NCBI GenBank assembly: GCA_051251855.1
Contig: JBPOGI010000003.1
Coordinates: forward strand, 192,001-256,000
DNA: 64,000 nucleotides
Source of the DNA: Roseibacillus sp.
GTDB lineage: Bacteria > Verrucomicrobiota > Verrucomicrobiia > Verrucomicrobiales > Akkermansiaceae
Direction of reading: 5' to 3'
Shown here: positions 27,986 through 37,789 of the stretch, in pieces
Layout of the letters: each line of letters begins with the position of its first letter
Numbering within the stretch: position 1 is the stretch's first letter
Program-made: the position numbers and the translations under genes
Notes under the pieces: generated by a model
What the model was told of the DNA's origin: nothing
Databases searched by the model: none
Seen by the model: the letters and a program-made list of their open reading frames with translations, nothing else

Positions 27986-30900
27986 CTAGACTTCCAAGGG
28001 AGAGAGCCAGCGGAAAGAGACGATTTTGAATCGGCGGCCAAAATTGATGTTAGTCTGATTGAGTTGGTCAAAAGGAGTGCCTGGTGATTGGCTACCGTCG
28101 ACGAATTCTGGCACTCGCTGAACGATGGCTTCACACCATGCTTGAGCTTCGATGGCACCACTGGCTGAAGTGGAAGCTCCGTAGGCTCGAATGCGGTATG
28201 TGTCGGAGCGGACAGTGAGGGTGGCTCCAAGGTGTTGCAGGAGGTCACCCTGAAGAAGGGTTGCTGGCGAGCCCTCAGCTGTGTTGCCCTCGAGAGCGCT
28301 GGGGTTGGCGAGAAGCGGGTCAACCTCTGTGATGCCAACACCGTCTTCTAAGGAGAAGAGTTGTCCTTCGACTCCTATTCCTGCGTTACTGGCGTTCCCT
28401 TGGGGATCGTTGGTGAGGTCGATGGCAGTTTGAAGGACTCCTTTGTTGGTGAAGTTTTCATCAGAGCTGCCGAGCTTACGATTGACGAATTCTGAGAGAG
28501 AAAGGAAGGGGCCTCGGTCTTCGGCACAGCGAAGCTTGATTTGGGTAACGATTTCGGTGGCCAATTGTTCGGCCTGCTCATTGGTGAGTTGGTGGAAACC
28601 CAACCAGCGCTCGGCTCTTCTCAGGGCGTCTTCACCGACGTCCCCTGAGCCGGCAGCTTTGGTGAGGTCATTCAATTTTTCGCTATAGGTGGGTAGAAAG
28701 CGGCTGAAGGCGCTTCCTTCAGTGACTGCTAGTTCATCGCCATCGCGGGTAGGGACGGCGACTTCATAAGCGCTCATGAGAAGGGCCTTCCAAGCAGGTA
28801 TGGAAGTGGAGTGGATATTGAAGGGACCTTCTAACATCTGGTAGGCGGCCATTTCCCGAGAGGCGAGGTCGTTGCCAGTCGAGAGGGTGGAAATGATGGA
28901 TTCTTGGTTTTCTCCATTAACGAGATAAGGCTTCAGGCGAGGGGTGAGGGTCGTCTTGTCTTGGAAGAAGCCGTCAAGAGCTTCCTTGTTGCTGCCGCTG
29001 GAGCCCTTGCTCATCCCCGAGAAATAGTAGCTGTCCCATAGGCGTTGGTTGAGGAGGTAAGAGTGATCGACAAAGGTGCCTTTGACCGCTTTTTCCGGAG
29101 GGAGAAGGGGATGGGCATGTGAATTCCCGAGAGGGTAGTTGAAAAAGGGAGGACGCACTCCCGAGATGAGGTTGGCTGCTTGGAACTGCCCTACTGAAAC
29201 CATGGGATTAGTAGGAAGAACAAACATGGGCGAGGCAGTGAGACCGGATTCGGCGCTTTGCCCAGAGCCGAAGTAACTCCGATTACTGACGGGGTCGATC
29301 TCGACCATGGGAAAGGAGTTGGTGGAGTTCACTTCGCGAAAGCTGAATTCGTAGCTTTGAACCGGTTGTGGTGCCTCGTCTTCGTCTTGGCTGTATCCTG
29401 TGAGGACAGGGTTACTGAAGAGCCATCCTTTGGTAGGACTCAAGAGTTCGTTGGAGGTCTTTGCCGTCATGGTAAAGACGGCAAAAGGAGTCTTACCACC
29501 ACGGGTTGTGTCCGATTCTTCTTGGAGGATAGTGATGGCAGGGAAGCTTCTCACGATGGGAATAGCGACGTCCTCTTCATAGAGATTTTCCTTTTGTTGC
29601 ACGGTGAAGGAGTTGCCCAGAATTCTGTCGGACTTAATCCCTCCTTTGCGGTCCATTTCAACGAGCATGGTGAAGTCGTCGGTGGCCTCATCCTCCCGGT
29701 CGGAGTTGACATCGTTGTTGGCGAGCTTGGCTTTGACGACGATAGAATCTTGTGGGCGCAGGGCGCACCACATGAACCAGTTCTGATCAATCAAAGTGTT
29801 TTGAGGAGAAGTAGTCGCTCTACGCTCAAAGTCGTAGAGGCTAAAAATATTTCGAGAAGCTTGCCAGCGGGCGATGTGGTCTACTCGGAAGCCGCCCATG
29901 GTATTCCAGCCTTCCACGAAGGGGACGTTCTTGATGACGGACCTCGCATTACTGGATCCTACCGCTCCAGAACCTTGAATGCAGAAGTCGTCTTTCACAT
30001 CTTCCCAAGAGTCGCCTTCTTGAATGAAGGCAGTAAAAATTTTGTTTTCGCCTGGTTCGAGTCGGACTGCCTCACGAGAAATACCAGAGGACATGTCACC
30101 TCCCGTGATATCAAAAGAGAAGTTTGAGATGGCGTCTTCTTTACCGCCTCCCCAAACAAAATTGGAGAGAGGCCAGTAGGAGCGATTAATCCGATCTCCT
30201 GTCTGAGGATCTTCCACGCGGAGGTCTGCTTCTCCTGTGCGTCCTCCTGCATCTTTGGCAAAACGAAAAGCGACGGGAATCTTATCAAGTCGAATGGAGA
30301 GGCCATCAAATTCAATAGGGACGGAATAGGGGTTCCAAAGGGTAACGATGGGCTCAAAACTAAGCCAAGCTCTCAGGTGTTGTCCCGCGAAGGCAGAGTC
30401 CTCGGTATTGTAGGCGCGAGTGATGGTGGCGTTGCCTTTGGTCGAGAGAGGATGGGTGACCAGGGAAAAGAGGATCTGAAGCTTGGCAACGACGGGCTTC
30501 AGGGTCACCGAAGTAGGACTAGAGTCGTTCTTGTTAAAGTTTGATTGAACGATGTTAGAGGTGACGTCAATGGCTTCGGTAGCGGAGTTACTATTGAACT
30601 TGAGGTGCTGCTGGTAGTAGTCTGAAAGATAGGACCAGTGGGGATCAGAGACTCCGAAAGGCGTGGTGGTGCCCGAGTAGAGACGTTCGCCATCTTTGAG
30701 GCCATTCTCCAGAATGATGGTAAGATCTTGTTTGAGTCCGCCGTTGGCGACATCACAAAGAACTCCCCGCGAATGAGTGGTGTAATCGAAGAAGAGGCTC
30801 TTGGCCTCCGAGGTGGTCGAGCCGTCTCCGCTTGCGACATCAAGCGACTTGTTAGAAATGAGGCGAGACCACTCGGATTCGCTTCCGGGACTGAAGCTTT

Positions 30901-31591
30901 CGATCTCGAGTGCTTCCCTCCCCATGCGTTCGGGAAAAGTCAGGTTTGATGCGAGATATTGTCCGTTCGTGGGACGGGCTTCATCACGAATGAGATTGAT
31001 GCGCGCCTTGGTGTCTTCAGCCAAAACAGTCCAAGCGTATTTTCCATTTCCGTCGCCCACTTCGACGAGTTCGCTGACGATAGGATCCTCGTTGAGCGCG
31101 GTGCCAAAGGTGCCTTCACCGAGTAATTCGACGATATCTGTGGTGGGGCGATTGGTTGGAAAGTCCAAATCAGGAAGCGTGCTGTCTCCTTGTCTACGAC
31201 TAGCAAGCCATCCGAGAAATCGTTTCTCTTTTTCGGTTTGGTAAGAAGGACTTTCGCTTTGGGTGCTTGGGTCCCAATGCCATGATTGCCAGGCTCCGAC
31301 GAGGTGGGGTTGAGCCGCGTTTTGGTGAATCGTGGTGGCTGGAGCTGATATCGCCTTGTCGCTTCCCATCGATTTCTGGAGTTTACCAATGGCGATTTGG
31401 AGAGCAAGGCGAGCGTTGTTCCGTGCTTCTAGATGAGACTGTTGTTTGTAGGTGCTTCGCAGCGTTGTCGAGGCTAGAGAGAGCAGGCCCACTGCGATAA
31501 GTGAGAGCAGTATCATCAGGACGACGGTGACGACCATTGAGAAACCCTCGTGAGACTTTGAGGTTGGTTGGATGACTCGAGCGGTTTGCAT
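27986..31591 (-). CDS. Large Verru_Chthon cassette protein A-like / PilX-N domain protein
   Basis: Pilin-like N-terminus GFSMVVTVVLMILLSLIAVGLL..ARNNARLAL; C-terminus RSDTYRIRAYG..AWCEAIVQR..GRRFKIVSFRWL. Confidence 0.75.
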   Translation of the reverse strand: MQTARVIQPTSKSHEGFSMVVTVVLMILLSLIAVGLLSLASTTLRSTYKQQSHLEARNNARLALQIAIGKLQKSMGSDKAISAPATTIHQNAAQPHLVGAWQSWHWDPSTQSESPSYQTEKEKRFLGWLASRRQGDSTLPDLDFPTNRPTTDIVELLGEGTFGTALNEDPIVSELVEVGDGNGKYAWTVLAEDTKARINLIRDEARPTNGQYLASNLTFPERMGREALEIESFSPGSESEWSRLISNKSLDVASGDGSTTSEAKSLFFDYTTHSRGVLCDVANGGLKQDLTIILENGLKDGERLYSGTTTPFGVSDPHWSYLSDYYQQHLKFNSNSATEAIDVTSNIVQSNFNKNDSSPTSVTLKPVVAKLQILFSLVTHPLSTKGNATITRAYNTEDSAFAGQHLRAWLSFEPIVTLWNPYSVPIEFDGLSIRLDKIPVAFRFAKDAGGRTGEADLRVEDPQTGDRINRSYWPLSNFVWGGGKEDAISNFSFDITGGDMSSGISREAVRLEPGENKIFTAFIQEGDSWEDVKDDFCIQGSGAVGSSNARSVIKNVPFVEGWNTMGGFRVDHIARWQASRNIFSLYDFERRATTSPQNTLIDQNWFMWCALRPQDSIVVKAKLANNDVNSDREDEATDDFTMLVEMDRKGGIKSDRILGNSFTVQQKENLYEEDVAIPIVRSFPAITILQEESDTTRGGKTPFAVFTMTAKTSNELLSPTKGWLFSNPVLTGYSQDEDEAPQPVQSYEFSFREVNSTNSFPMVEIDPVSNRSYFGSGQSAESGLTASPMFVLPTNPMVSVGQFQAANLISGVRPPFFNYPLGNSHAHPLLPPEKAVKGTFVDHSYLLNQRLWDSYYFSGMSKGSSGSNKEALDGFFQDKTTLTPRLKPYLVNGENQESIISTLSTGNDLASREMAAYQMLEGPFNIHSTSIPAWKALLMSAYEVAVPTRDGDELAVTEGSAFSRFLPTYSEKLNDLTKAAGSGDVGEDALRRAERWLGFHQLTNEQAEQLATEIVTQIKLRCAEDRGPFLSLSEFVNRKLGSSDENFTNKGVLQTAIDLTNDPQGNASNAGIGVEGQLFSLEDGVGITEVDPLLANPSALEGNTAEGSPATLLQGDLLQHLGATLTVRSDTYRIRAYGASTSASGAIEAQAWCEAIVQRVPEFVDGSQSPGTPFDQLNQTNINFGRRFKIVSFRWLSPLEV

Positions 31592-32075
31592 TTACAATAA
31601 ATATTCCAAGTCTGCTTCTTGCGATTCGTCGCATTCGAATAAGGCCTCAATGTATGAACCTTTCTATTTCGAGTAGTCTCTGCAGCAGTCCCGAACGTCC
31701 TGCTTCTCCTGAGGAGTCAAGGGACTACCTGATTCCTGAAAACGAGGTTGCAGAGGCTATGCCAGAAGCGTTTTTTTTCGCTAAGTTGGTGAAAAAATTT
31801 GAGCCTTTCGGCTCTTTTGGCCAAAGGATCCCTTGTTTCACACGCAATGAATCTTCTCTAGGTTAGACGAGTGTAATCTCTCGGAATCAGTTTTCGCGTT
31901 CAGTTCAGTAGAGGTGATTGACACAATGGGACTTTGCGGCTGCGCGGAATCTGGGGAGAGGCACTGAGATATTTTCACCGCAAAAAGCGCACGGGACGCA
32001 AAGTCGGTCCGGTGTGATTTTCTGGGATGAGATCCTGTTGAGTAGGAAATCTTTGTGCGCTTCGAGGTGAGTTCT

Positions 32076-32309
32076 TTAGGAACTCGGCTCTGCTTCTTTG
32101 AGCACTGCTACAACGCGGGCTTTTTCGAAATCGAAGGAGGTCATTTCAACTTGGACTTCAGCGCCCGGCTTGAGCTGCGGGCGGAGGGGGAGTCCTGCTT
32201 TGGCGAGATGCCCGAGGGTAATTTTTCCATTGCGGAGTGCGAGATAGACGGTGCGTTCGTCACGTTCTTCGGTGACGGTGGCAGTGGTGACAATGGGTTC
32301 GGTCGGCAT
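32076..32309 (-). CDS. Translation initiation factor IF-1-like S1 protein (divergent)
   Basis: LRNGKITLGHL..PGAEVQVEMTSFDFEKARV pattern resembles InfA. Confidence 0.6.
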   Translation of the reverse strand: MPTEPIVTTATVTEERDERTVYLALRNGKITLGHLAKAGLPLRPQLKPGAEVQVEMTSFDFEKARVVAVLKEAEPSS

Positions 32310-32411
32310 GACTGGGGATTTATTGCCGCAAGAGTGCGGGTAAGGCAATCTCCTCTTTCTCCTTGTCACCTCAATATGAGTGCTCTAAGCATTTCCTATC
32401 CCACAACTGCT

Positions 32412-32474
32412 ATGAATCACCGCCGATCCAATATGTTCCTAATTTTCTGGTATCCAGAAAATGGCGCTCGGTAG
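32412..32474 (+). CDS. Putative 20-aa leader peptide MNHRRSNMFLIFWYPENGAR
   Basis: Short ORF directly upstream of a terminator preceding the ABC exporter operon. Confidence 0.45.
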   Translation: MNHRRSNMFLIFWYPENGAR

Positions 32475-32544
32475 TGATTCTCAAACTTTCCTCCAGCGCT
32501 CCAACACTTACTGCGGGCTGCTGATTGACGAAACTGAATTTCTC

Positions 32545-32572
32545 GGCCCGCTTTTACCAGCGGGCCTTTTTT
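32545..32572 (+). terminator. Intrinsic terminator/attenuator in the 5' leader of the ABC operon
   Basis: ggcccgct-tttacc-agcgggcc-tttttt ending 25 nt before ATG 32598. Confidence 0.75.
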
Positions 32573-32597
32573 ATTCTTTCTTACTCAATTCAGCACC

Positions 32598-34445
32598 ATG
32601 TCAGCCAAGCCGATATCTTCGGAATCACCTTCTCAACAAGCACCACATGCCTTGCTCTGGGAACTCATGCGCGGGTTTCGCGCCAAATATGTGTGGGCCA
32701 TTGCGGCGCTCTTTGTCTTCACTGCGATCAATTATCTCCCGCCTCTCTTGGCAAGTGCGACTATTGACTACGCTCTCTCTTCGGAACCGAAGGACAGCAT
32801 CTTGACCCGGGGGCTCATCGAAATGATGGGCGGATCGGAGTATGTGCGTTCTCATTTGTGGTTGCCCGCGCTGCTGATGGTTTTGCTCACCATTTTGGCG
32901 GGAGGGTTTAGCTACCTGAAGGGACGGCTTGCGGCGCAGGCTTCCGACGGTTTGGCGCGGAGCTTGAAGGACCGACTCTACGACCACATGCAGCGGCTTC
33001 CTCTGCGCTATCATGACCGTGCGGAGACGGGGGATCTCATTCAGCGTTGCACTTCGGATGTGGAAACTTTGCGCTTGGCTCTTTCCTCCCAGGTGGTGGA
33101 GGTGAGCAATGCGGTGCTGCTGCTGTTCACTGCGCTGCCGATCATGATTCTCTTGGATGGTCGCATGACTTTGGTGTCCTTCGTGCTCGTATTGCCTCTC
33201 ATCTTTTTTGGATACTTCTACGTCGGGAGGGTGAAGCATCTCTTTCAGGAGGTTGCGGAAGCGGAGGGAGAAGTGACGCGCGTGGTGCAGGAAAATTTGA
33301 CCGGCCTGCGAGTGGTGCGGGCTTTTTCGCGGGCTCAATTTGAGAACGAGAAGTTCGCCGTGCCCAATGAGGCGTATCGTGACAAGAGCTTGCGCTTGCT
33401 GCGTTTGATGGCGTTTTACTGGTCGACTTCCGACCTTGTCGTTCTCTTTCAGCAGGGGATTACTCTCTTTACGGGCATCTATTTCATTTCTCAGGGTTCG
33501 CTGACGGTGGGGACTCTCTTTGCCTTCATCATGTTTCTGAATATGCTGCTTTGGCCGGTGAGGCAGATGGGGCGGACTTTGACCGAGTTGGGTAAGTCCT
33601 CAGTCGCGCTCACTCGGATTGGGGAAATCCTTTCGGAGGAAGAAGAGAGCGTGCCTGCGAATCCCGCCACTCCAGATGGAGCGGCTCAGGGGAAAATCGA
33701 GGTCAGCAACTTAACCTTCGCTCATGGAACGGATGAGGCGGCGCTGAAGGATCTGACCTTTACCATCGAAGCCGGTGAGACGCTTGCGATTGTGGGGCCA
33801 TCGGGGTCGGGAAAAACGACTCTCATGAACCTTCTCCTTCGGCTCTATGATTATGAACAGGGCAGCATTCGTCTTGATGGGAAAGAGCTCTCCGATCTCG
33901 ACCGTCAGTGGGTGCGGTCTCAGTTCAGCATCGTGATGCAAGAGCCGTTTTTGTATTCGAAGTCGGTGTCGGAGAATATTCGTCTCGCTCGTCCGAGCGC
34001 TCTCGATGAGGACATTCATGATGCGGCGCGCTTGGCCGATATTCACGATACCATTTTAGATTTTACGGATGGTTATGAGACTCTGGTGGGTGAGCGTGGG
34101 GTCACTCTTTCGGGAGGGCAAAGGCAGCGAGGAACTTTGGCACGGGCTATCTTGCAAGATGCTCCGATTCTCCTTCTGGATGATGCTCTCAGCGCCGTCG
34201 ATGCCGAGACCGAGGCCTCCATTCTTACGGCTCTGCGTGAACGTCATGGGACGCGCACCAGTATAGTGATTGCGCATCGTCTCTCGACCTTGGCGCATGC
34301 GGATCATGTGATCGTATTGGAAGAAGGTCGCATTAGCCAACGGGGCACTCATGCCGAACTCATAGCGTCCGAGGGCCTTTATCGTCGTCTCTGGACCATT
34401 CAGAACGCTTCCGAAGACAACCTGTTAGAAGATAAGATTTCATGA
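32598..34445 (+). CDS. Heterodimeric ABC exporter subunit 1
   Basis: GPSGSGKT, LSGGQRQR, degenerate Walker B LLLDDAL. Confidence 0.92.
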   Translation: MSAKPISSESPSQQAPHALLWELMRGFRAKYVWAIAALFVFTAINYLPPLLASATIDYALSSEPKDSILTRGLIEMMGGSEYVRSHLWLPALLMVLLTILAGGFSYLKGRLAAQASDGLARSLKDRLYDHMQRLPLRYHDRAETGDLIQRCTSDVETLRLALSSQVVEVSNAVLLLFTALPIMILLDGRMTLVSFVLVLPLIFFGYFYVGRVKHLFQEVAEAEGEVTRVVQENLTGLRVVRAFSRAQFENEKFAVPNEAYRDKSLRLLRLMAFYWSTSDLVVLFQQGITLFTGIYFISQGSLTVGTLFAFIMFLNMLLWPVRQMGRTLTELGKSSVALTRIGEILSEEEESVPANPATPDGAAQGKIEVSNLTFAHGTDEAALKDLTFTIEAGETLAIVGPSGSGKTTLMNLLLRLYDYEQGSIRLDGKELSDLDRQWVRSQFSIVMQEPFLYSKSVSENIRLARPSALDEDIHDAARLADIHDTILDFTDGYETLVGERGVTLSGGQRQRGTLARAILQDAPILLLDDALSAVDAETEASILTALRERHGTRTSIVIAHRLSTLAHADHVIVLEEGRISQRGTHAELIASEGLYRRLWTIQNASEDNLLEDKIS

Positions 34446-36304
34446 AAAACGAACCTGAAGAAGACGTCTTCAGCGAACGGCTGGACCTCAAGCTCTGGAG
34501 TCGCGTCTTTCGACATGCGCTGCCCTATAAGCGGCTTTTGATTCCCTTGACGGCCTCTGCGGTCGGGATTGCGGTGGTGGATGCGAGCTTTGCGCTCGTC
34601 ACTCGTTGGGCGGTGGATGATGTCGTTGCAGCCTCGGGCTCGCTGAGCTTGGGCCCCCAAATTGCGGTCTATACGTTCTTGACCTTGGCCCTCGGGTTGG
34701 GGGTTTGGTTCTTCATTGTTTCCGCGGGGGGGCTGGCCAATCACATGAGTCACGACATTCGCAAAGAGTGTTTTAAGCGCATCCAGGAGCTGGAGTTCGC
34801 TTACTTCGATCACCGTCCGACGGGATGGTTGATTTCGAGGCTGACTTCTGATTGCGATAAACTCTCGCGGATTATTGGGTGGGGGAGTCTTGATTTGGTG
34901 TGGGCCTTTCTGCTGGTTTCGATGATTTCCATCATTCTGTTAGTGTTGAGCCCTGTTTTGGGATTGTTAGTGCTTTCGGTGCTGCCTCCTTTGATTTTTG
35001 TGAGCGCTTATTTTCAAAAGAAGCTGCTCCTGAGTTCGCGGGACACCCGCAAATACAATTCCCTCATCACGGCCTCTTTTGCGGAGGCTTTGCAGGGACT
35101 CAAAACGAGTAAGGCACTTGTGAGAGAAAAGGCGAACTTGGGAGAGTTCGAAGGGTTGTCGAGCCGGATGTATCGGTCTTCGATGCAGAATGCGCTGCAG
35201 TCGGCGATCTATATTCCCATTGTCCTGACGATCGGGAGCGTTGCGGCTGGCATTGCCTTGTGGCGTGGTGGGGTCGGGGTGCAGTCTGACACTTTGTCGC
35301 TGGGAACTTTGGTGGCGTTCATTTTTTACGCGGGTCAGTTTTTCAATCCCATCAATCAGATCGCGCAAGTTCTGGTCCAGATGCAGGGAGCTCAGGCGGC
35401 TGGGGAACGTGTGTTGAGTCTGCTCGATACGGTGCCGGAAATCGCCGATAGCGAGGCGGTGAAGGAGCGGATTGCGCGCCATCAAGAGAAGGGCGAAAGC
35501 TCTCTCGAACTGGCACCGGATGGTGGGCGGCAGGACTTCGAGACTCTCGAATTTCGGGAGGTGGGATTTTCGTATACTGACGGCGAGACCGTGCTCGAGG
35601 ATTTCAATCTGAGCGTTCGTTGGGGGGAGACCATTGCTTTGGTCGGAGCCAGCGGGGGAGGGAAGAGCACGATCGTGAACTTGGCTGCGCGCTTCTATGA
35701 ACCGACTAAGGGTGGGATTTTTCTCAACGGGGAAGACCTGCGCGATCGGAGTTTGGATTGGTATCAATCGAACTTAGGGGTGGTCTTGCAGGGGCCTCAT
35801 CTCTTTAGCGGATCGGTGCGGGAGAATATTCGTTATGGAAGATTGAATGCGACCGATGAGGAGGTGGAGGCGGCTGCGCAGAGTGTGAATGCCCATCAGT
35901 TTATCTGCGCGTTGGAGGAAGGCTATGAGACCAATGTGGGCGAGGGCGGGAGTCGTCTTTCCACGGGGCAAAAGCAGTTGGTTTCTTTTGCGCGAGCGCT
36001 TTTGGCGAATCCGAGACTCTTCATTATGGATGAGGCGACTTCCTCGATTGATACCGAGACTGAGAAACTGATTCAGGATGGGCTCCAAGCGATTTTCCAA
36101 GGGCGGATTAGCTTTGTGATTGCGCATCGTCTTTCAACGATTCGGACGGCGGACCGGATTTTGGTGATTGAGAAAGGAAAGATTATCGAAAGCGGAACGC
36201 ACTCCGAGCTCATCGCTCAGAAGGAGCATTACCATGCGTTGTATACTCAACAGTTCAGTCAGCAGCAGGGGGTGGTTCTGGAGACGACGGGGAAGGAGGA
36301 GTGA
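34442..36304 (+). CDS. Heterodimeric ABC exporter subunit 2
   Basis: GASGGGKST, degenerate signature LSTGQKQ, IMDEATS; ATGA overlap with subunit 1. Confidence 0.92.
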   Translation: MKNEPEEDVFSERLDLKLWSRVFRHALPYKRLLIPLTASAVGIAVVDASFALVTRWAVDDVVAASGSLSLGPQIAVYTFLTLALGLGVWFFIVSAGGLANHMSHDIRKECFKRIQELEFAYFDHRPTGWLISRLTSDCDKLSRIIGWGSLDLVWAFLLVSMISIILLVLSPVLGLLVLSVLPPLIFVSAYFQKKLLLSSRDTRKYNSLITASFAEALQGLKTSKALVREKANLGEFEGLSSRMYRSSMQNALQSAIYIPIVLTIGSVAAGIALWRGGVGVQSDTLSLGTLVAFIFYAGQFFNPINQIAQVLVQMQGAQAAGERVLSLLDTVPEIADSEAVKERIARHQEKGESSLELAPDGGRQDFETLEFREVGFSYTDGETVLEDFNLSVRWGETIALVGASGGGKSTIVNLAARFYEPTKGGIFLNGEDLRDRSLDWYQSNLGVVLQGPHLFSGSVRENIRYGRLNATDEEVEAAAQSVNAHQFICALEEGYETNVGEGGSRLSTGQKQLVSFARALLANPRLFIMDEATSSIDTETEKLIQDGLQAIFQGRISFVIAHRLSTIRTADRILVIEKGKIIESGTHSELIAQKEHYHALYTQQFSQQQGVVLETTGKEE

Positions 36305-36343
36305 ACTCTTCTCTTTTAAGGGGGAGTTGTTAGCCTCCGCTTC

Positions 36344-37015
36344 ATGAGCGAGACGGATTTGCCAAAGTTACGCATTCTCGAAATCGGCGCAGGTCGAGAG
36401 GAGGCGGAGCTGTTGATTATTTTGATGCATGGGTTGGGAGCTACCGGGGAGGATTTTGCTGATGTGGCTCATGTCCTTTCACGGAGCGCGCTTCCGCAAA
36501 AGTGGCGCTTTGTTCTTCCTCATGCGGAAGAGATTCCGGTAACCATTAATGGCGGAATGACGATGCCTGCTTGGTACGACATCATTAGCCTGACTCATCC
36601 TCGGGAAGTGGACTGGAGCACGGTGGAACGTTGTCAGCTGCAGATTGAGGAACTGATGAAGACGGAGAAAGCACCGCGAGTGATCTTGGCGGGATTTTCG
36701 CAGGGGGCGGCGATGGCTCTTCATGTTGGGTTGAGAAATCAGTCGAAGGTGGACGGTGTTCTCATGATGTCTGGGTATTTGGTGGAGTCAGAAGATCGTC
36801 CTGCACCTGCGCCTGAGGGTGAATTGCCGATTACAATTTTCCATGGTCAAGATGATGAGGTGGTACCGTTAGAAGCGGCAGAGACGACTTTGGCTTCCTT
36901 GAGAGGGGTAGGTTATGAGCCTTCTTTTCAGAGTTATGTTGGATTGCCTCATTCGGTGAGCCAGGAAGAGGTGGAGGATGTCTTTGGTTGGTTGATGGAG
37001 CAGGCGCTTGCTTAG
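36344..37015 (+). CDS. Phospholipase/carboxylesterase (alpha/beta hydrolase)
   Basis: HGLGA, MPAWYDI, GFSQGA, HGQDDEVVP, PHSV. Confidence 0.9.
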   Translation: MSETDLPKLRILEIGAGREEAELLIILMHGLGATGEDFADVAHVLSRSALPQKWRFVLPHAEEIPVTINGGMTMPAWYDIISLTHPREVDWSTVERCQLQIEELMKTEKAPRVILAGFSQGAAMALHVGLRNQSKVDGVLMMSGYLVESEDRPAPAPEGELPITIFHGQDDEVVPLEAAETTLASLRGVGYEPSFQSYVGLPHSVSQEEVEDVFGWLMEQALA

Positions 37016-37659
37016 GCGGCCTTCTTGAGTTGGCAGAGGGTGCAGTCGGCGCAGTTTCCGCAGCAGGGCTTCTTTTTCTTTTTGGGAGGGCGGACGGATT
37101 CGTCGACGCGGCGTTTGACTCCAGTAGTCTTGAGGACGAAGCGTTCGATGCGGGCGAAGAAGTCGAAACGATCAAGGATGGGGTTGAGCCAGTCGGTGAT
37201 GGTGCAGTAGCTGCGGTCCTTGGGGTCGGTGTGGTGGGTGGCGTGGCCGCGAGGGCTTTGAATGACTTTGGCTTTTTGAAGGAAGGTAATCACTTTACCG
37301 TTTTCGCGCGGAGATCGGTGGGCCCAGCAGTGGATTTCATTGGCGATGGCGCCTAGGGCAGAGGCGAGAACCCAGGTCCAGTGGAACCATCCGAGCAGGG
37401 TGATGACGGCGAGAAGGGTTCCGGAGATGGCGATGGTGGCGAGGTTGCGTTTCCAGAAATTGGACTTGGTAAAGTAGCGGGGCTCGAAGTGGTGACGAAT
37501 GTTGGGTTCGATGACCCATTTGCCGAGAATGGGCCATTTTCTATCGCCGTAGGAGTCTTCCAGCCAATGGAGAATGCCCGAGGCAAAATCGACGGCGAGG
37601 ATGACGCCGATGGTTTGCATAACAACGAGCCCGACTTCGAGTAGGAGGTTTGTGTTCAT
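37012..37659 (-). CDS. CarF/TMEM189/FAD4-family lipid desaturase
   Basis: DFASGILHWLEDSYG, IRHH, NEIHCWAH, HATHH, YCTITDWLNPILD. Confidence 0.85.
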   Translation of the reverse strand: MNTNLLLEVGLVVMQTIGVILAVDFASGILHWLEDSYGDRKWPILGKWVIEPNIRHHFEPRYFTKSNFWKRNLATIAISGTLLAVITLLGWFHWTWVLASALGAIANEIHCWAHRSPRENGKVITFLQKAKVIQSPRGHATHHTDPKDRSYCTITDWLNPILDRFDFFARIERFVLKTTGVKRRVDESVRPPKKKKKPCCGNCADCTLCQLKKAA

Positions 37660-37789
37660 CGAGTCCAAGGTGCCTGAAAAATGAAAATTCAGGAAATCGA
37701 CTATCTTTTCATGTTCATCGATTGAATCAATGAACCAGATGACCCTTGCGAGGTTTGTTTTCGAAGGGAGATTCCGCTACATCTTGGAG

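Noticed and set aside
27934..28341. N-terminal 136 aa of ORF 27232..28341
   Set aside because: Mostly overlaps the 3' end of the 1201-aa gene in another frame; a signal-peptide start exists at 27933.
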